From a virus, in the IMG/VR virus record IMGVR_UViG_3300020455_000006, positions 58,670 to 122,669 of that record: a stretch of DNA of 64,000 nt. One strand, 5' to 3'. This document shows positions 1-7,626 of this stretch, piece after piece; position 1 is the stretch's first letter; every line of letters starts with the position of its first letter. The notes beneath the pieces are model-generated. The model saw nothing but the letters and a program-made list of their open reading frames with translations, did not search any database and was not told the DNA's origin. The translations under genes and the position numbers were made by a program.

Positions 1-224
1 GAGGGATTGACTCTTAGGGAGTGCATACATGGCAAGGGTTCTCAGACACCCGCCCAAGTTCAACCAGTTTGGTATAAGGGAACATATAATGAATATGCTA
101 ACAGTATAAAAACTTATATCCAAGAAATGCTGTAACAAAACCACATATAAAATTGGCACAAGACACACCCTAAAATCAAACTTTCGTGATTATAATGAAG
201 GAGTCCAAACAAATAGTAACAACT

Positions 225-491
225 ATGCCAACTAAGTCTATCGCTAAAGTAACAACAACTAAAGCAAAGACTAGGACTAGAGTAACAACAACAAAACTCA
301 AAAGACCTGCTAAGAGTGTACTTACTCTAAATCACTACGTTAGAGACTATCAGTCAAGAGTAAAAATTCACAATTATGAGTTTCAACAATTCTTGAATGA
401 TTGTAAAAAAGGTATTCAATTAGTAAGACAATCTTCAGAGAATGTTTATAACTATGCTCTACAATCTTACAAAACACACTTCAATGTGTGA
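225..491 (+). CDS. Hypothetical early protein, basic Thr/Lys-rich N-terminus
   Basis: ORF 186..491; ATG at 225 (MPTKSIAK) preferred, downstream of TATAAT at 191-196; followed by a terminator. Confidence 0.6.
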   Translation: MPTKSIAKVTTTKAKTRTRVTTTKLKRPAKSVLTLNHYVRDYQSRVKIHNYEFQQFLNDCKKGIQLVRQSSENVYNYALQSYKTHFNV

Positions 492-510
492 CAGTCAATG
501 AATTGACACA

Positions 511-532
511 AGCACCCTAGAGGTGCTTTTTT
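511..532 (+). terminator. Intrinsic terminator
   Basis: AGCACC-ctaga-GGTGCT hairpin followed by a T run. Confidence 0.65.
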
Positions 533-575
533 CTTATCGTAAGAAAACCAGTTGAGATAGTGTCACAAGTACCCC

Positions 576-604
576 TTCACAAATCCCATTATTCAGACTA
601 TACT
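576..604 (+). promoter_or_regulatory. sigma70-type early promoter
   Basis: TTCACA-N17-TATACT, 26 nt upstream of the ATG at 631. Confidence 0.75.
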
Positions 605-630
605 ATTAGTATAGCAATCAATCAAACATC

Positions 631-1002
631 ATGAGAAAAATCGAAAGACAAATGAACTTCGCTCTATCCAATAAGGGCAATTTCTCAAGTTCAAACACTT
701 CTGTTTCTTACCACCCTTCAGAGAATCTTTCGGAAGTGAGACTACATGGCAATCTAATTGCATGGTTAGACCACACTAAGCAAGTATTAGCACTTAGTTC
801 GGCAGGGTGGCATACTAACACCACTAAGTCTAGACTAAATGCTTTACTCTTTGAGTTCAATACTGGCATTAGTGTATTTCAGAAAAACTGGGATTGGTTC
901 GTCTCTGACTTCTCAGGTAAGAAAAAAGTTGACTTTTATGATGGAATTTTAGTCACTAAGGAGGGATTTTCGTCAATTCACTCACACCCTGCTGTAGCAT
1001 AA
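631..1002 (+). CDS. Conserved phage hypothetical early protein
   Basis: 123 aa with LHGNLIA and GWxTxTTKSRLNALL motifs, recalled from cyanophage early proteins; has its own promoter. Confidence 0.8.
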   Translation: MRKIERQMNFALSNKGNFSSSNTSVSYHPSENLSEVRLHGNLIAWLDHTKQVLALSSAGWHTNTTKSRLNALLFEFNTGISVFQKNWDWFVSDFSGKKKVDFYDGILVTKEGFSSIHSHPAVA

Positions 1003-1344
1003 GTTACAGCAGTTCGTCCATTTGATACGCAATTACTTCGTTATGCAACTATTTTCGTCTAAAGTTCGTCTAAAATCCCTTGATATGACTTCGTTTTCGT
1101 TATCAAGAGATATATACAAAAGTTTACATGAAATGAACAGTTATGATGCTACAATTATGGGTATCAACTGTTACACGCAAAAGAATAAAAATGTTTCAAA
1201 AAACATTTATTGACTCTTTATAGATGTTACAAAGGTGTGTATCATTTGTTCTCTTAGCGAGCATGGCATAAAAGTCAAGCAAATACTAGGAGACCCACAC
1301 AGAATCCCCGATACAGGCACTTGTAACATATTATACATGGGACT

Positions 1345-1368
1345 TGTGCCAATATATGAACTGGCACA
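1345..1368. promoter_or_regulatory. TGTGCCA-N10-TGGCACA inverted repeat (early-region motif)
   Basis: Perfect 7-bp arms; degenerate copies at 141-160, 487-510, 548-567 and 2320-2339. Confidence 0.65.
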
Positions 1369-1848
1369 GCAAGACACAATGATACCACAGCGAGTATCAT
1401 TTGATACACGAACAGATGCTACAATATGCTGTAACATTTGATACAGGCACTATTGTAACATATTATACCTGGTACTGTACCAGATTTACATGACCTTGTA
1501 AAGTACCAATGATACATTCTGACGTATCAAATGTTACATGGTATAATATTATACATGAACATGTTCAGGTATCATTTGATACAACTTCATGTTATTACAA
1601 ATAATTATAAGTTGGCAGGGGGAGTGGCGAATATTTTCTAAAGTCCTACCCCAGACTTGCTTACCCTAATTTTAACAAATTTCTCAGGGCAGTACAAGTA
1701 CATTTGATACATGTACATGTTCATGTAACATATGATACATCTGGTTTAGATTCTACTTCCATTCTAGCAAAGATTTTTTTTATATGCAATGTACATTTTA
1801 TACAATGTAAAATATGATACATGGGCGGTTTCCCGTACCTTTTACAGG

Positions 1849-1877
1849 TGGCAATCTCTGGAAGGACATGTTAAGAT
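1849..1877 (+). promoter_or_regulatory. Putative sigma70 promoter with extended -10
   Basis: TGGCAA-N17-TAAGAT with TGn before the -10, upstream of the ATG at 1906. Confidence 0.5.
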
Positions 1878-1905
1878 TAGATTGTTCGACAGCAAATCTT
1901 TTATT

Positions 1906-2274
1906 ATGTTCCCTTCAACAATCCTTGAGACAATCAAAGCAAACACACCTGCACCTGCTAGATCATTCAACATCAACACTAATAGCAGAGACCTTGACTT
2001 TCAGGTATCAACTAAGCAAATCCTCCAGATACTTAGAAAGAATCCTCAAGGTATGACACTTACAGAAATTGCACAAGCAGTTGACCCTAACTGGCAAACA
2101 ATGAACTGTAAGAGAATGTTCAAACAGGCGATTGATCCTCTATGCCTTCGTGATGATGTTCGTTTCACTACGTCCAAATCTGGCAAGCGTGTAAAGTACT
2201 TCCCAACTCGTGTTTCTAAGCGTTGGTTAGTCAAAGAACTTTTCAACACATTTGCACAGGCGAAAAATTCATAA
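1906..2274 (+). CDS. Putative winged helix-turn-helix DNA-binding protein
   Basis: ILQILRKNPQGMTLTEIAQAV helix pattern, then a basic wing-like segment (VRFTTSKSGKRVKYF); start moved from 1789 to the ATG at 1906. Confidence 0.65.
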   Translation: MFPSTILETIKANTPAPARSFNINTNSRDLDFQVSTKQILQILRKNPQGMTLTEIAQAVDPNWQTMNCKRMFKQAIDPLCLRDDVRFTTSKSGKRVKYFPTRVSKRWLVKELFNTFAQAKNS

Positions 2275-2412
2275 TCGCTAGACTCTGGCAATGCCAATAA
2301 GTCCAGAGTCGAACACAAACCAGTTGACAGAGTGTCAAGTGATCTTGTTACCTCACACTATATCATTTGTTACTTGACACCTTGTCAACACCCCTGTATC
2401 ATTTGATACACG

Positions 2413-2442
2413 AAATCGCAGGTAAATCTTGCGATTTTTTTT
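2413..2442 (+). terminator. Intrinsic terminator at a convergent junction
   Basis: AAATCGCA...TGCGATTT hairpin plus T tract. Confidence 0.6.
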
Positions 2443-2541
2443 ATATTGATGGGGGCGGTGCGTTATTAAAAAGTACCTTCTATCTAACCTACAAACGTTT
2501 CCCAACGCCCTCGGTATCATAAATCAAAATTTTTTTCCCTA

Positions 2542-3285
2542 TTAAAAAACGCCCCTTAGATTTTTTTCCAGTATATCTGCTATCATAACATGACCCTTCT
2601 TGGTAGGATGTTTAGAGAGTGGGTTGAGTAAACCTTTCATCTCTCCAAGTTTGATTCTTCTTTCAGTCTTGATATGAGTATTGACAAATGCTTCATCTGT
2701 AGGTTGCCATGTTGAATAATGATATGATTGATCTTCAACAGTCATACGAGTCAATAGGTCTACTGGTAGAAGTCTTGGTATTTCTAAAGGATACTTGTGA
2801 GTATTGAATGTATCAAACCAATAGTTCTGTATACCTAACGATTCAAAGAAGAGATTCCAATGAAGCATTTGATGAGCAAGTAACTTCACTTCATGTTCAT
2901 GATTGTAGAAGTTCTCGGCATACTCTATTGCATTGAATACTTTGTAATTAGTATTATAAGATACGTTCTTGATTCTTTCTTCTTTTGCAAGATAGAGTTC
3001 ATTACGGGCAGTTGAAGTGATTCCCCATAATACGATAGTTTTTTCTTTTGGACGCTCTGTGAAATACTTACATGCTAATCGAAATTGTTTCTGATTACTT
3101 GACCCACCTTTTGAAATATTGATGTTATTATATCCATGTCTTTGTGATAAGATAGCACGAAAAGAATACTTGTTAGCATTCTCTTCACTCTTATAGTGTT
3201 TATAATATTGATCTAGATTCTCACCTTTTTCGTATCCACATCCGATACCCCAAGTCCAAGAACATCCAAGTGTTATAAGATTCAT
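2542..3285 (-). CDS. SGNH/GDSL-like hydrolase or acyltransferase family protein
   Basis: N-terminal LGCSWTWG, NISKGGSSN, C-terminal HPTKKGH. Confidence 0.75.
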   Translation of the reverse strand: MNLITLGCSWTWGIGCGYEKGENLDQYYKHYKSEENANKYSFRAILSQRHGYNNINISKGGSSNQKQFRLACKYFTERPKEKTIVLWGITSTARNELYLAKEERIKNVSYNTNYKVFNAIEYAENFYNHEHEVKLLAHQMLHWNLFFESLGIQNYWFDTFNTHKYPLEIPRLLPVDLLTRMTVEDQSYHYSTWQPTDEAFVNTHIKTERRIKLGEMKGLLNPLSKHPTKKGHVMIADILEKNLRGVF

Positions 3286-3371
3286 ACGTGTGGATCATAC
3301 TTACGCATTATGTAGAGAGCGATAAGAGCACCAACACTAGATGCACCAAGAACAATTAGAAATAAAGGCAT
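3282..3371 (-). CDS. Small single-TM membrane peptide (29 aa)
   Basis: Manual translation MPLFLIVLGASSVGALIALYIMRKYDPHV*; stop overlaps the next start (ATGA). Confidence 0.6.
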   Translation of the reverse strand: MPLFLIVLGASSVGALIALYIMRKYDPHV

Positions 3372-3435
3372 AACATTTGAAAAATAATAGGGTTCCTCTT
3401 ATACACAACGTCCCATCAATATAAGAGGAAAAAAA

Positions 3436-3603
3436 GGGAGGTTGGATTCCTGTATACCAACAAAGAACGGGCATTACTACAGTAGTAAGTTTTACGTCCT
3501 TGCCTGAGACCCGACTGGTAAGTCGATTCACCTTTCGGTGCAGCACCACCTGTGTCTCATCACCTTATCCAGCGTTTGCCAGAAAGATTATTCAGTCACT
3601 CCC
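3436..3603 (-). ncRNA. manA: Structured ncRNA, probably the manA RNA motif
   Basis: Closing helix GGGAG/CTCCC; internal helices TGAGAC/GTCTCA, CACC-GAAA-GGTG, TCGAC/GTCGG, AAGGACG/CGTTCTT, TTACTA/TAGTAA, GTTGG/CCAAC; ACACAGGTGGTGCTG core recalled from cyanophage manA RNAs, so the family name is from memory. Confidence 0.7.
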
Positions 3604-3626
3604 GACGTAACCGTCGTTACTCTATT

Positions 3627-3655
3627 ATTATAGTACATGTGAATGAAGTTGTCAA
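3627..3655 (-). promoter_or_regulatory. Perfect consensus sigma70 promoter driving the ncRNA
   Basis: Minus strand reads TTGACA-N17-TATAAT. Confidence 0.9.
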
Positions 3656-4146
3656 CAAATATCCTGACCGAAAAAAGTATATTCATCAACCATCTCCTGT
3701 ATTGTTTTTCGACAATATCTACAGTCAACTTTCTGAGAACCCCAACCATTCTCTCCTAGCACACGGTTCTTACGATACTTGTTCCATAACTCTTTACGTT
3801 TACTGATTTCCATTTCTCTGTAGGATTCAAGGTCGATACAGTACACATGATTATCTTCATCATGGACAAAGTTACCTATAGTGTAATCAGTAAAAGTCCA
3901 AGGAGATTCTCTTTCTACAAGTTCACGGTATAATATATGAGAGAACTTATGCCCTACAAACTTACCTTTGATATACTCTGATGTTGTAATTATGGATAAA
4001 CCTTCGGTAGTATAAGAGAAGGATGGTACACGTATTTCTGTAAATGTATCCTTATCTTTCTGTAATTGATTCAAACGAGTAACTATTCTATCAAATTTCT
4101 CTTGAGACTCATAGGTCTTATGTTTTATAATTGTAAATTTGTTCAT
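3652..4146 (-). CDS. Small protein-kinase-like (APH/LPS-kinase-type) protein
   Basis: D-x4-N catalytic-loop-like FTDYTIGNF followed by YCIDLE; C-terminal CxxC. Confidence 0.45.
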   Translation of the reverse strand: MNKFTIIKHKTYESQEKFDRIVTRLNQLQKDKDTFTEIRVPSFSYTTEGLSIITTSEYIKGKFVGHKFSHILYRELVERESPWTFTDYTIGNFVHDEDNHVYCIDLESYREMEISKRKELWNKYRKNRVLGENGWGSQKVDCRYCRKTIQEMVDEYTFFGQDIC

Positions 4147-5045
4147 AGATGTTTTCTACCGAATGCATAGAGTTCTTCAGTCAATGGTTCAATTTCTGTG
4201 TTTTGGTCTTTGAGTCCTTCTATGTCTTTGTTCTTTGACATGTACTGATTAGGATAAAGGTTTTCTGGTTTGATTTCGTAATCTAGAAATTCAGACAACC
4301 TATCAAAAGATTCGTTATGGTACGATGAGTTCCAAAATTTCTCCATTTCTACTACCAAAACATTTTTATTACCATAACTCTTTCTAAATTTTTCGATGTT
4401 ATCTTCGTAGTAACAATTTGTACTAAATCTTGATCTTTCGCAACACCAGCGAAATAATTTTTGTTGCTTCTTAGTACGTATGTAATGATTATACATCAGA
4501 TCATCATTTTTGACAAACCTCTGCAGTTTTTTTCTTTTATGTTCATTGGAATGGTACATGGTAATTAGACCGCCCATTTCCTGATAGTAACGAAAGACAG
4601 GATCTGCAAGTAGTATTGTTACCCTCACATCAAAGTGGGATTTCAAAGCGTTTGCATGTGCTGTCAGAAATTCTTCTGGTAAACTGATGTTATAGTTGGA
4701 GAAATCACATACTGCATGATACTCAGGAAACATATCTCTCATATACTGCATATGATAGATGTATTTGTCGAATGAGTGCTCTGGTTCTAGCAGTGCCTGA
4801 TAGTGGTCTTTATTGTATTCTGCAGTAATCTCTGGTAGTTCTCCTGTACGAAAATCAGGTCGTCTCTCTGTATATCGTTCAATCATCCAGTTCGTAAAAT
4901 CTCTCTGGTTGGTATGCATCATATGCAGGTAATGAAACTCTTTCTTATAACCTGCATGGCAATACTTAGCATTACGAAGAGTGTAGTAGAAAGGAGTTGT
5001 ACCAGCATAAGGTGTGCCTGGATTCAGTAGAAGTTTAGGTTTCAT
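4143..5045 (-). CDS. Sulfotransferase-fold protein (paralog 3)
   Basis: PGTPYAGTT, KEFHY, DFSNYN, ADPxxR; start at MKPKLL (5045) is coupled to the upstream stop. Confidence 0.7.
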   Translation of the reverse strand: MKPKLLLNPGTPYAGTTPFYYTLRNAKYCHAGYKKEFHYLHMMHTNQRDFTNWMIERYTERRPDFRTGELPEITAEYNKDHYQALLEPEHSFDKYIYHMQYMRDMFPEYHAVCDFSNYNISLPEEFLTAHANALKSHFDVRVTILLADPVFRYYQEMGGLITMYHSNEHKRKKLQRFVKNDDLMYNHYIRTKKQQKLFRWCCERSRFSTNCYYEDNIEKFRKSYGNKNVLVVEMEKFWNSSYHNESFDRLSEFLDYEIKPENLYPNQYMSKNKDIEGLKDQNTEIEPLTEELYAFGRKHL

Positions 5046-5995
5046 CGATTCCATTCCTCTGGTATACTCCCGTAGCATTTCTCCCAGTCTGTATATACAA
5101 AACCCAGATACTGTTTCGACCATTCGTATAACTCAGGGGTTATGTCCTCAAAGTCACTTCCCCATTGGTCTTTCAAAGCTTCATAGTGTGGTGCTTTTGT
5201 TCCTAAGTCAGGCACATAGACATTCTCATGTATCTTTGTAATCTCATAGTCTAAGAATTTTGAAAGTCTCTCACATTGTTCTGCTTGTCTCTCTGGGTTC
5301 CAAAACTGCTCCATAATAATCGGCAAGACTCTCTCTTGACCGAAAACTCTCACAAACTTCTGAATGTTCTGTGTATAGTATGCAGGTGGGAAGATTGGAT
5401 ATGATGAGATGTAGTGACGAAAGAGTTTGATATGCTGCTTTGACTTAACATAGGCATTGTGCTTGATCTTATGAGAATCAAAACCTGATAGTATAAGTTT
5501 ACCCTGTATAAACTTACCAACCTCAGAGAAATAGCGACGAATCGGGTCACGAAACTGAAACGTGACTCTGACGTTGAAGTGTTGAGACATTTTATCTCTC
5601 CACTCGATTAGAAACTCTTCTGGTAGTTCAAAGTTATAGTTTGTGAAGTCTGCTACTGCCTGATAGGTGCCTTTTGTCTTTTCATGTAGTCTAAGGTAAT
5701 AATCAACGTACTTAGTAATAGTATAAGGTGGTTTGAGTAATTCTTCAGTCTCTTCTCTTGATACAAACTCTCGATTGTCAACCATTTTGATCCAATCTTC
5801 ATCAGGACGTGATCTCTGTCGTAAAGTTTTCTTGTAGATTGATATATCTTGTTCTGATCTTTTACCCATCAGTTTGAGATAACCCATCTCCTTCTGATGC
5901 CCACTATGACAGTACTTTTGTTGTTTAGCGAGAGTAAAGTAAAAAGGAGTGGTTGCAGACCACCCAGTCCCTGCATTTAATAAGAAATCAATCAT
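5042..5995 (-). CDS. Sulfotransferase-fold protein (paralog 2)
   Basis: GTGWSATT, KEMGY, 3'-PB-like RDPIRRYFS. Confidence 0.75.
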   Translation of the reverse strand: MIDFLLNAGTGWSATTPFYFTLAKQQKYCHSGHQKEMGYLKLMGKRSEQDISIYKKTLRQRSRPDEDWIKMVDNREFVSREETEELLKPPYTITKYVDYYLRLHEKTKGTYQAVADFTNYNFELPEEFLIEWRDKMSQHFNVRVTFQFRDPIRRYFSEVGKFIQGKLILSGFDSHKIKHNAYVKSKQHIKLFRHYISSYPIFPPAYYTQNIQKFVRVFGQERVLPIIMEQFWNPERQAEQCERLSKFLDYEITKIHENVYVPDLGTKAPHYEALKDQWGSDFEDITPELYEWSKQYLGFVYTDWEKCYGSIPEEWNR

Positions 5996-6938
5996 AGTTC
6001 CATGATTCTGGCATTGGAAGAACCCTCAACCATTCATCGTAAAAGTGTTTCATAGGTTCTTTTGCATATTCAATGAGTTCAGGTGTCAGTGGTTCCTTGA
6101 GACTATTAGATTGATCTAAAAGATATGTATCGTCTGCATGTGACAATGGCCAAAAGAAATTTGGATGTATTTTATCTATTCGATACCCTATAAATTCTGA
6201 GAGTCTCTCTTTTTGCTCTTTCTCTCTCTTTGGTTCCCAAAACTCTTCCATGATAATAGGTAATACATTATCTTTACCAAATGCCTTGCAATATTTGTTG
6301 TAAGTTTGTGCATAGTCTACATTATGTCTGTCAAAGTCAGTGCTCTCAAATTTTCTTCTGTCAATATAACTCTTGAATAGTTTTTGTTGTTTTCCAAGAG
6401 CAGCAAAGGCACCATACTGCTTCCTACCACATAATCTACCGACTTCATAGTAGAAACGAGTGATGGGATCTGCAAATGTAATTGTTACTTTGACATCAAA
6501 GTGCTCAAGTAACTTCTCAGCGATAGAACATAAGAATACATCAGGTATGTCAACATTATAAGTAGAGAAATCACCAACAGCAGCATAGTCACCCTTATAC
6601 TCATCAAGAAGGAGAAAATACTCCACATACTTCTCAATACTAAATGGTGAACTATAAAAATATTGAAGATATCCATCATCAAATACCTTTTTACGTAATT
6701 CTTCTGCTAATGGTGGAGGATGTATCTTAGCAGTGTGTGAATTATCATATGCTGTATCTAAATTCTTATTTCTATACCTATTGAAGTCGAATGTGTTCTC
6801 TCTTGCTGCTAATGCCCAATATTGTATTTCTTTAGTAACACCTGTTGTCACATAGCGATTTAGATGTTGTAAAGTATAATAAAAAGGTGTGGTTGCTGAC
6901 CATCCAACACCAGGATGCATGTGGAATTTTTGTTTCAT
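5988..6938 (-). CDS. Sulfotransferase-fold protein (paralog 1)
   Basis: GVGWSATT, KEIQY, GDFSTYN, ADPITRF; colinear with its two neighbours. Confidence 0.7.
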   Translation of the reverse strand: MKQKFHMHPGVGWSATTPFYYTLQHLNRYVTTGVTKEIQYWALAARENTFDFNRYRNKNLDTAYDNSHTAKIHPPPLAEELRKKVFDDGYLQYFYSSPFSIEKYVEYFLLLDEYKGDYAAVGDFSTYNVDIPDVFLCSIAEKLLEHFDVKVTITFADPITRFYYEVGRLCGRKQYGAFAALGKQQKLFKSYIDRRKFESTDFDRHNVDYAQTYNKYCKAFGKDNVLPIIMEEFWEPKREKEQKERLSEFIGYRIDKIHPNFFWPLSHADDTYLLDQSNSLKEPLTPELIEYAKEPMKHFYDEWLRVLPMPESWNYD

Positions 6939-6945
6939 CTAAATA
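6939..6945 (+). promoter_or_regulatory. T4-type late promoter
   Basis: CTAAATA upstream of the plus-strand enzyme operon. Confidence 0.55.
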
Positions 6946-6990
6946 ACGGTGTTACCGTTTGAGGTGGCCCTTACTTATTACTTATAAGGG

Positions 6991-7626
6991 ATGTTATTAT
7001 TTGCAGGTGATCAGCACTCATTGGGGTATCCCCTTTACATAACTGGGGAGGTGAGTGTAATATGTGAGAATAGTATATCAAATGATAGGTTAGTCAAGAA
7101 AGTAATAGAGGAGTGTGAAGAAGAGGAGTTTGATTATGTTGTAGTGCAATGGGGTTCATGGGGAAGAGTTGAGATATATCAAGATGGTTGGAAACAACTC
7201 AAACCGACACAGTATTTGAAGAGACAGGAAGAATTACTTCGGGAAGGAAAGTTTATATTGAACCACCAGGATAATTACGAACTCTCTAAACTATGGTATA
7301 CCAAGATAGACAGTGAGCACTTACGTTCAAGTAATCTATGGAGGAACGTTTACTTACTTGAGAACTATCTATCAGGAAGAAATATAAAACATTACTTTTG
7401 GATGGTCAAGAATAACTATGAACCAGTAGGAACTTATATTGAAGATGATAGTCATATCAAGCAGAATCATCAAACTGATACAGGAAATATATTTCGAGAT
7501 CTAAGTCGTTGGAAGAATATGGAGACAGATGTGAGTTTGATTGGTAAAGATATGAAGAGAGAAGATCTTACCGATCATTCTATCTTAGCAAATAAGATAA
7601 TAGAGGTGACAAATGATTTTAGTTAA
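6991..7626 (+). CDS. Degenerate SGNH-like protein
   Basis: LFAGDQHSLG (no nucleophile Ser after GD), SNDR, VVVQWGSWGRVE. Confidence 0.6.
   Translation: MLLFAGDQHSLGYPLYITGEVSVICENSISNDRLVKKVIEECEEEEFDYVVVQWGSWGRVEIYQDGWKQLKPTQYLKRQEELLREGKFILNHQDNYELSKLWYTKIDSEHLRSSNLWRNVYLLENYLSGRNIKHYFWMVKNNYEPVGTYIEDDSHIKQNHQTDTGNIFRDLSRWKNMETDVSLIGKDMKREDLTDHSILANKIIEVTNDFS

Larger units (their letters stand above)
994..2409. repeat. Array of GTA-N8-TAC palindromes (NtcA-box-like)
   Basis: Exact 14-mers start at 994, 1161, 1323, 1394, 1431, 1455, 1524, 1541, 1569, 1725, 1807 and 2396; consensus GTA(T/A)CA(T/A)(T/A)TG(A/T)TAC. Confidence 0.85.

Noticed and set aside
1022-1441. Short ORFs 1022..1213, 1207..1437 and 1235..1441
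   Set aside because: They run through the palindrome array and have no protein-like motifs; probably spurious.
994-1820. CRISPR array interpretation of the repeats
   Set aside because: The repeats are 14-bp degenerate palindromes with irregular spacing (17-167 bp), and there are no cas genes.
3337-3806. ORFs 3337..3549 (-) and 3552..3806 (+)
   Set aside because: They overlap the structured RNA and its promoter, which explain the sequence better.
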